From Barthelona sp. PAP020 (lineage: Eukaryota): a stretch of 32,796 nucleotides of DNA. Location: contig JARQWU010000100.1 in assembly GCA_040182905.1 (NCBI GenBank), forward strand, positions 1 through 32,796, read 5' to 3'. Of the stretch, positions 29,501 through 32,796 are shown one piece after another (the first letter of the stretch is position 1; the number at the start of each line of letters is the position of its first letter). A model generated the notes under the pieces. It made no database searches and had not been told where the DNA came from. It saw only the letters and a program-made list of their open reading frames with translations. The translations under genes were made by a program, and so were the position numbers.

Positions 29501-30265
29501 AGAATTTAACCTAGCTTGTCTTCTAGCCCATAAAACCAGGTCATCTTTAGGTGTCGCCAACCAAATTCGATTTTGTTCATCAAACATCAATGCTTGTGAT
29601 ACTTCTTCCGAGACTTCACCAATCGTCTTTATCCAATTCGTAACCAGATCTTCACATACAGCACTCATTTGCATGGCAATCTGGGGATTAGGTGATTTTG
29701 GATCAACATCAAATCCATCAGGGGGAGTATCTAATGGTACAAATGAATCTCTATTTCTTAAAGACTCGTCTAACGACTCTAGAAAATGGTTGAATACTTT
29801 AAGATCCCTATTTTTAGTATCAGAAGGATTCGCTTGTAATACAGGAATGAAAACTTCAGTCAACAACTGTTTAAAACAACTAAGGGGATCATCACTAAAA
29901 TGTCCATATGTAACAACTTTTTCAAAATTGTCTGAAGTTATTTCTGTTCCTGGATGCTTGAAAAAGAACATACCAGGACAATCAATAACAGTTGCAAGAT
30001 TTTCTCCATTTGCGGTCAACATTAAAACATTAAAAGAATAGGGTACAGTAACTTCTCTTGAATCATGTGTTGAATACACAACAGACGGTTCTTCATATAT
30101 CAATATGTATAACAGTGGTATACCATTTTTCTCTACAAAGCTTTGAATAGGTGCAATTAATTTTTTCTTTTCTAATAATGCTTGTAATCTTGATGGCTCC
30201 TTTTCATCAACTATATCACATAGTTTTGACACTATGAAACTTATTTGTGGAAGTATTGTTGTCAT
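14600..30265 (-). CDS. Highly divergent axonemal dynein heavy chain-like protein (DNAH5/8, outer-arm gamma-type tail) with degenerate AAA1; 5221 aa, single ORF
   Basis: DHC_N1 motifs: WARRQARLNSVQQQLKT..VIAVI..SSLLRLWRNTDQQLSEA..AKDAVKGL and YERQKQSPEIGRNEAPVVQRLKWS. AAA1 scaffold: WYSQIRYHW..YSNEFMG..VLTP..NPSFGVF..PDREALI..GF. P-loops GKEFSGKS (AAA2) and GGYQSGKS (AAA3), two stalk coiled coils, and an AAA5 HPIIVSDP motif are in the expected order. Confidence 0.85.
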   Translation of the reverse strand: MTTILPQISFIVSKLCDIVDEKEPSRLQALLEKKKLIAPIQSFVEKNGIPLLYILIYEEPSVVYSTHDSREVTVPYSFNVLMLTANGENLATVIDCPGMFFFKHPGTEITSDNFEKVVTYGHFSDDPLSCFKQLLTEVFIPVLQANPSDTKNRDLKVFNHFLESLDESLRNRDSFVPLDTPPDGFDVDPKSPNPQIAMQMSAVCEDLVTNWIKTIGEVSEEVSQALMFDEQNRIWLATPKDDLVLWARRQARLNSVQQQLKTRPFRGVIAVISLNRSSLLRLWRNTDQQLSEAFLIAKDAVKGLTNLDKLLCMFYERENPVIPDKTNLSNIVECLRSIQAHSKFCQTDENFLNLLTKVATLLRSFCTYCIFKQSNHTLSELLAKDKLKEKITLLIELKDLLESFKFHFSQTFSQEDAISMFADAFDELNPFLNRVVFIFKLLESVLCYLTLFDNLPTLNGTILSYSELKKELDMLLVSTVDPFDVDVDFKAQSDVFRKALTAFEEELVERIPVMFSSSESGTLVKQIALLEKFAVLADRTIVRSILDIQMDMVLNEFENLLEQTARKYERQKQSPEIGRNEAPVVQRLKWSDSLIRLIEIPMQMFTKFLSSDANTSSLIPQGRARRLVKRYNGLMSTLVEYQTLFAVSWLRNFEETKEIVNNPLLVRQNHKLNLCRPIEMKTLFKEANYIFQKFETSNSVVSFLDQQERFQTTHSQIQYLLDSLNDLLGDLDEVLIAFLSKKINNLDETLKPATTILTWNSFNISPFFESCADSLQDISNEIDFARNILRSKVYLTILSISKLRFFDENYSYSLMNDPEMRSTTIDGNDYSAISNTRFFIHQSEFCLQQHKTLQFLIEQFYGGFEGLLHFARDSPAIAKLQGLFVKLLSEAITFSILNSILKVKEVFDPLLLRSFDPIERLGAEKKIRALYDYNKKVERNNVIVHIALGNIESLTGDLQQFLKQIINGSLEVCKSWNLSLNLSSLIKPLSILNSVGKYLKQDNDAIYSIIKNNFSSFDVDVDEINVEKLSPEELEVRLLKFRQVREQIWNLPSIVFVQHSNGTLAFEMSHEKDILLSELQLAMTAYVAPVRHFLYGKMIQILKVCDEFLREFCADYSISDLPSYDLLAHKIMDFKEQSVDIELGMNDIRSFYSLLQKFGVGIPPEFVASAGEIHLKFSQNFATGEMLSPLNMLGVDAGKGPQVFDTYTESYISGSELEERSLLGSRVSLISGGLSVRQNSQASFLSNYTDEKGSVISAVDYSSMDQAVREEMEAHALTIQRIWRGWLVRQETTQNYTLDVDLLIENPQEDNLQDIVEEERSTKGSHRFDELDEAINENSDDEEEKDVIKPDEVASVAVEAFLILSLDTIWTGLHDYLFSAEKKLENAAPDLISYVHQREKRLHVDLPRIQADLDSRSPLHPSLTVDEALKQYQVLESSLDSIKTEIELVEMGSRLFFLSNFKERGEFNNIDSIITFIGQIVELHGRCKTLHITLLDSSLQNADLSVMVDELETLKKKYEDLFNNQMQKAVEVSKESPLIIETLQFIEKLEHMLPLLKKLKDSNMSAAQWQCLLHNACVAHIHQQSQSHGAAKTLTTLNLEFANLSIRSLVSYHLFQPVGTALVKVAVEVSPICSDVTKMLEQIDHHWATCRAVAVESDSVINFKILETTGLTQIIEELQNQQRDIGKATSMLGGLDFPAHADFVESMIADLQANLTKASMILKHLILNLDVLSTLQTKNVELTVLFMNYITKIPSLRRSFQEQVDIYHRLHTLWNKLLQQLELHEYLLLPTFCKSYRHSLSFRREPEFLIQKMNEITSNMRLTEFLTSQRLRCNRLFSFSDQDIIALYGILGSNDVAKLQKLIARCGFPGFDELMLDKTNPEMVIGLKCNSGENLVLDRPVKLIIDFHISVDEFKDNEEERETFVPPKDVALNELCDSMVNSMNLCVAQMLKEAEKTSFFDILGDVPAQIAGLIHNIQMTNKIDEMLKTLKHDRLSLENFTNENQHILSQIFAVLCHVNNEDLPINLVNICSNELGRAKLQYILGWALYYRDIFDTLLNERTKSVYESSWYSQIRYHWSRQDNVTVSIGPNGPFYYSNEFMGLRLRQKANDEEVEFTMDPFIQHPVLTPAIVESLNGLASCIVTNTVGYLPQVCSGRKSLVGLLASILGKNHETVFAVNIDPNIIDRLLCSSYTLGSIIHFVGIEFLNPEYLNILVTLNRLVHSIDIDDNELVHPAFQLPLSINPSFGVFISNSSIFDDKDEIHEQFSEMMRPINTINPDREALISMLLGRSGFISHIQLAPKVNEVLKYFEGLMEIDLQLTAVNNLIESASLFKYCDPELPSINMEALNTYNSRICSMRRAGKISIPQSMMAYAAYENQLLAGFLYVNLSYTVSSKTSLDQRLEALQSYESSIRQVNKSFPYLFEANKLQIYFDSNRFLDAKNNEKPVTQRGGSNKTIKKNVVWNDDCGKAHAMIQDIFGCLIKRNDRFYYSLHPLLRPDDAPKLKPLTFVTRRQYEIVSSDNLPKSLHRLKAANHSFLKIPMTRMIGEEADKFGFNSLGAHFIRNTICCFTVCANSTVISTRGKEFSGKSASVAVVIKIIERLRKGSHSIHQRFSIESYNDLFKGVVSKVTDDLHEKLCENFRIHKHAVFSQVPVFEKLESQKTILTIIPLFNYWINNNCHFYLRKFALEKPKSSSSFSIIFENGENAVFNTPYPPILYNEGVNWEHVVDEMISRIFSSEQSHMTLNFVEPESLFIKVDESWYPENLVNSVQDLHEASTAHLLRQLFQKYFVIAYSLVYTENSPLDVYYYETISPFQIARCMCALIGSLIHQFIGSSGAFSLPLPVRTVHRIFLYALFNSICRPVPVECRTKVGIFFAIGLKIPGMPEELMKQINSFIQSSSHGTINSSLAGKQSKLDNALPDDIMNNAGIDLLSYSLDEATSEWNLVSMLVPDFNIPAVPENSGSEQVIKQLGNLIPHTPESYSIELLMRMLISARSSPFVTNPVFPLIFGGYQSGKSSTLESLFSETKAGVATLKLTSDHTKTLFKEIEKFYHSNSTNSYSPSTVSMLNLFVLKLDNINLFSDTYNEGELSGITLLKKLVVEHICINDELTEITFEKTFPIGSVTGTGIGNLEKRFFSKTFPIFVELQTVDSSADVNDLNIASQSVVSLTLPAVFSANRNFKQEISLNVMPRLINSIRMLFKALPKIHKISNVPITNSDVHFVLYNLWRLPVCDISDIVGVFCSSLSIVLQLADVKKVEELFDKINQQLCLPLNLSIELMCNFKIPLFHSTSTGENNGISGTNENLIDSNTSGSSNNANGERLFELLAMDEVFYEAIELAPKMKQYCQCYSEYDLKFAIFSAVAYLQMDEKPIIFGLHDFTNVESPYLIVINIIFGIFICAARYNQLKPILACNYVDFEEIIKCLQTVRNCVLIVRQIDFIGWTDKQKKRLLLEVTKSEMNAKVILLFDINSEAYRYAVQLYTIYSNKLLSMSVPLLHVKHFFPIYIEEVKELLGVFMKYNIQLFNGKNVDDVVEDLLNTTLNLMELQGKSYYRTEYGNLTAPTLEISKSDTITDNLLPQMSMDTPKSKDKRMGGSNAKKNRRNSTTIKDKKKNPEKLISSVINEQKPEVDGELEQFFNKMKTFELIEQSSEKEFEEGRLLKDLYHHPLGEPGCDVLSANLSDLSLIVTVAEIASEYFSKLTDFADSQHKRHVDLLSNITLISKHVSELQESITVLESSIDNKDDTINDITERLIENSALFVAISEKHNAISKKFPEFNADDMQKRTSIQLLEGDLKHICDRILKNFNRSEHLFSNMLTRLIDCHDDEPSWLLGNDMILFCALINEQNVELIENFDLAYEGFKKIVEENSYAKLFEFINVTSGKPTYDKLLEFDAAILKKFVTIDASSHFSPAELSTHAPSCVPLLRVLKMVAQAAGNVLQLRSLKDQLKQLHIDKDAQHKELAVVSVKLQEQEQIVSKIRVELEVALAELEGLRRDRKRIQADFNTLHQLVKQLTDFVTTLKPSEQMLSETQRISFSFALNTTFVSSCHHIQQNNIFDIMKKDLDSNQLSKFLSKFWKTLYQQDPPDILFSHEFEDCKLFYFNLTGIKSLIKHHPIIVSDPSNILVPSLASINVTTKNIENFDEIYKYLGQNALIIIPEEIILEKANLLRRITEIVLEAHHSHKVQTLVFNDGVQERTINVSPKTQLCVRLTSSNQLHKFKYLLTHEMTSPYHCIDLSFDLDTFKQKVITKLFEVDAEAFIGKSSELSTLLRKIHNKENSTLEELFGLVNCLSESTANTSSQENVDKLLTKVSLLVRLDEERTKANDELKHIYSFRAGYDSFAAAIVDVYVAYLSNINKSKQNIQFVSIQKFIDTVKLFALVAPPAPLGSKARSTLLFKQLAQLIIFISTVESDVIRTKIFIEFSLLSLKRKDEFGYRIFEGIFKKMFDFDSVTTTQCQAFLPGPYTTMFCNLYVQLSEDDEISKLFTDLTTSVSYDSWNQYFNQLITANNDLLELISHPPFENDLPFSISNQPLVWFSILSLVHYQISTNELKYPNLLPILHQWILYEAIPGYSVNILSPSSLLNMHFKFHDAQTDFGLPHILSLLYTKPYSFYSLIKQITTKTGRTVIPIGISFFDDYSFNNFLTKEIPQIRKTHAILYIEGISETSKEKTLQLLKALNTPDCHPGFLCVTPIYLSRIADREKFTDILKLNDYYQIVFDENYSPSVAIDEMQQIMSPILTDDSLTFGIRNSSYILTDLCFKLCNEKKLPRNYYSIFLSDAFKYLYIFLSQRDANAMPLNALKHVLAEHVIGSVYFPEKRELIEHALQSLNLTNLAEGKNLLEVPVVDTEIMFYQPQYIYYNHPAVNYSFAESDSFNEMLFALIDHGVLHSHLIPTFKYPFHSLFEVNSLQYHYIQAYVHNFLRKLPEQIYFNGVLNYSMSNINHPMTIWVYNEVIALNSSLLKIEKLLTQALESNFSSTDRYLITCFFTDKLPLEFAPRMIGDFAFVKFLSSSTLLSILSVQRNQLMKIIVEQSYDGIDISLIQYPKLFIQCVYNFVGGNNSDNNILDYDLVLKIDENAFDIGQQKKKKTNVNENVTSVITLNGIALNPGFNINLETSTIMHSNKNDFTVLPQMKLIAIPKVFNHSNIYFIDSNEKSGNIEIPLNFCASGKKFVPIKYIAFVEDSPERFTALKPSFVPYFRGFDTNTPGNYLVT

Positions 30266-30789
30266 ATTTCACGACAAAATTACATTAAAAGCTTTTAAAG
30301 CTTTGAATATTTTTTTTGTTTTTTCCATTTTTACCCTTCTTTTTTTACATTTTTTGGGCAATGCTTGCAGTAAAATACTATCGTTAACGTATTTAGGACT
30401 TTTTAAAAAAATTATAATTTTTTTTTCTAAACCATTCATTTACATCATATAATAACAAGATAATTGATAAAAATTTGTTTAAAAGACGAAAAGTTGAAGC
30501 AAAAAAGAAAAAAGAAATCAAACCCTTTACAAAACTCTATCTTTAAAAAATCTCTGTAAATCTAAAAAATTAATGGTTTTATTATATTCCTATGAGTTTT
30601 TAAACAAATAATTTTTAAAAGCGAAGGTTTTTTAATTGAGTGTTTCTAAAAATTGGAAATCAATTTAAAACACTGAAAGCATTTTAAAAAAACAGAAAAA
30701 AAATAAACAAAAAAGAAATGAAGGACTTATCAAAAAAAATGCCACGAAATTGGAGGGAATTCCAGAAACAAAAATCACTTTAGATTGTA

Positions 30790-32796
30790 ATGAATGATCA
30801 TCTTTTAGCTTATTTACACGAAAACAATATTTCCAATGATATTAAGAAGGCAGTGGATACCTTTCTTCAAGTACGCGAGATTTTTTTCATAATTCTTTTT
30901 AAAACCGATGAAGAAATTCATTGTTTTTCTCAAATAGAAGGAATTTCTTACCATTTAAAGCAATTAGATCTTAAGTCTGAGTGTGATATAACCATATTTA
31001 TTAAATCAATAAATTCTCAATCGAAAAAACCTGAAATATTATCTGCCTCGTTGAAATTAAAGGGAAGCAAAGTTTCTTGTGATATGTTTCCAGTGTTTTC
31101 GTTAATTTTCAATGTTTCGGACACGTTTGAAAGTCAGGAAACCATGGTAAATTTGATGTATAATGCTTATTCACTTTGTAATGGAGAGTTACCGGCTTTT
31201 ATTCCAAGTGTATCTTCATTTAGTCATTGGAGTAAATTTGAACATCTGTGTAGTAAAGTTGTTAACAGTTGGATTGAATCAATGAAGCTTGTACAATCTG
31301 AAACTTCTGTTGCAACAACGATATTCGATGAGTATCAATTTTATCAACGGAAACAATTACAATGTAGAGAACATAAGGTCGTGTTGACATGCAGTGATGC
31401 CATATATCTATTAAATATTACAAAGGAGCGACTACCTGACTTACATCGAGTTTTTCTTGCCCAATTGAACGAGATGGCACAGCATCGAGTTTTGCTACAA
31501 AAGCATGCAAAATTTTTTAAGGAATTAATTTCATTAACCCAATCGTTTAATGGGCAATTTATGATTCCAAACAAATTGAAAGTGTTTATTCATATTTTGG
31601 ACAACTGTAAGTCCTCATTATTTTATTCAAAAGATACACAATTTAAACGTTTATTTGGTATTTTGTGGTATGATATTATTGAAAGTATAGTGTCTTATGT
31701 GAATTTACGAGAAAAAATTGATTCTGGAGTTTTAGACAGAATAAAATGCGCCTTAGCTATTTTATATCGCTGTAGGGGTATGTTAACTGAACTTAAGATA
31801 TTATTGCATGAAAAAATACAAGATGAAGAGGAAACTTTAGTGGAAACTGAAGAAACTACAAAAATTCAATCATTGAAGAAAAGAGTTAGCAATGATTACA
31901 CCGATTTTTCGGAATTTACTGGAATATATTCAGCAAAATTCTTTGGAAGCCTATTTAAAGATCAAATCCAGCAAGCAAATATTTCAAATGTAACATCTAA
32001 TCATACTGAAGGAAAAGAAAAATTGCTGGCCTTAGAATTACAGAAAATCATTCACACTTATGCTGATTGGTTAGAATCATGGTTATTGATTACACATGAT
32101 GCCATTGTTGTGCATACTCAAGTGCGTTTGATTCCTTTGGTTGCTTGTGTTCCATATTCTACTGGACAACAATTTGTCAGTCATTCCCAACTTTTAAATC
32201 AATTTTCAAAGGATATTATATACGATACAAATGGATTACAATCAAAAGAGCGTAATACAACAATTAGCAAGGATAAACTGAACAATTTTTATAAAAGCAT
32301 TAAAGAATATGAACTAATTGCTTTGAATTATTTGAAGCATTATTTTAAACTTGCTAGAGAACAATCCACTTCTTTTGAAGTGTTTTTATTGCTTAAACCT
32401 TTATTAGCACAAGATATATTGACTTCTGTTGTTGAATTCTTAGATTCTGAGTTTTTAGACCATTTGAAAATGGTGAATAACCTGTTTGAAAGAAGTTCAG
32501 AAGCATATGCCACAACTGAAGCCCCCAGCTTTAGTGTTTGGAGAGATTTGGATGTAAACGTGTCAGATTATCTCCAATTGATTCAAATGTATAGTAATTT
32601 AGCAGATGAGTTTGTTGAAACATATGATTTAGATGAGTTTAGGGTTATATATTCCAAAAGGCAAGTTAATAATAACGGTAAGGATAATCAAATGGTTGCT
32701 GATATAAATGTTCTGCTTGTCAGATTAACCAATCAACTAGCTGATTTTCAAAAAGAGACCACTGATACATTGCATGACTTTTTGAGATATTTTCTT
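30790..32796 (+). CDS. Partial CDS (open to the window end, 669 codons here): very divergent dynein heavy chain N-terminal (DHC_N1-like) protein
   Basis: Absent from the ORF track because no stop lies in the window. Hand translation from ATG 30790 (MNDHLLAYLHENNIS...) is stop-free to 32796. It contains KVVNSWIESMK..TIFDEYQFYQRK, LQKHAKFFKEL, SLFYSKDTQFKRLFGILWYDIIESIVSYVNL..IKCALAIL and EFLDHLKMVNNLFE, in the order and spacing of DHC_N1. The CDS is high confidence; the family call is moderate. Confidence 0.7.
   Translation, partial: MNDHLLAYLHENNISNDIKKAVDTFLQVREIFFIILFKTDEEIHCFSQIEGISYHLKQLDLKSECDITIFIKSINSQSKKPEILSASLKLKGSKVSCDMFPVFSLIFNVSDTFESQETMVNLMYNAYSLCNGELPAFIPSVSSFSHWSKFEHLCSKVVNSWIESMKLVQSETSVATTIFDEYQFYQRKQLQCREHKVVLTCSDAIYLLNITKERLPDLHRVFLAQLNEMAQHRVLLQKHAKFFKELISLTQSFNGQFMIPNKLKVFIHILDNCKSSLFYSKDTQFKRLFGILWYDIIESIVSYVNLREKIDSGVLDRIKCALAILYRCRGMLTELKILLHEKIQDEEETLVETEETTKIQSLKKRVSNDYTDFSEFTGIYSAKFFGSLFKDQIQQANISNVTSNHTEGKEKLLALELQKIIHTYADWLESWLLITHDAIVVHTQVRLIPLVACVPYSTGQQFVSHSQLLNQFSKDIIYDTNGLQSKERNTTISKDKLNNFYKSIKEYELIALNYLKHYFKLAREQSTSFEVFLLLKPLLAQDILTSVVEFLDSEFLDHLKMVNNLFERSSEAYATTEAPSFSVWRDLDVNVSDYLQLIQMYSNLADEFVETYDLDEFRVIYSKRQVNNNGKDNQMVADINVLLVRLTNQLADFQKETTDTLHDFLRYFL

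Noticed and set aside
14600..30265. Dynein gene as a pseudogene, or as a trans-spliced fragment like the split dyneins of Giardia
   Set aside because: It is one uninterrupted 15.7-kb frame carrying tail, AAA ring, stalk and C-terminal regions in order, with no frameshift or stop.
30781..30783. Genome-wide TAG (or TAA/TGA) stop-codon reassignment
   Set aside because: The 5221-aa and 1934-aa ORFs contain no in-frame TAG, TAA or TGA, and genes end at plausible TAA/TGA codons.

Overview
Very AT-rich, gene-dense, nearly intron-free eukaryotic DNA. It most likely comes from a flagellated protist, and the standard genetic code fits. Left to right: (1) a non-coding block at 1-520 with two strong hairpins and a diverged ~140-bp direct repeat; (2) an ATG27/cation-dependent mannose-6-phosphate-receptor family gene whose signal-peptide exon is joined by a 36-nt intron the ORF track missed; (3) an LRRC45-like LRR/coiled-coil gene; (4) an F-box/LRR gene head-to-head with a 77-aa two-TM ORF across 44 bp; (5) a 1934-aa protein fusing ~8 capped SDS22-like LRR modules to a ~10-TM domain; (6) a probable divergent hamartin (TSC1); (7) a 5221-aa DNAH5/8-like dynein heavy chain with a degenerate AAA1 catalytic site and an inserted IQ motif; (8) a second, more divergent dynein-tail (DHC_N1-like) gene, transcribed divergently 524 bp away and running off the window. 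The head-to-head pair of apparent pseudo-dyneins is the most notable feature. All family calls come from recalled motifs compared by eye, not from database searches.
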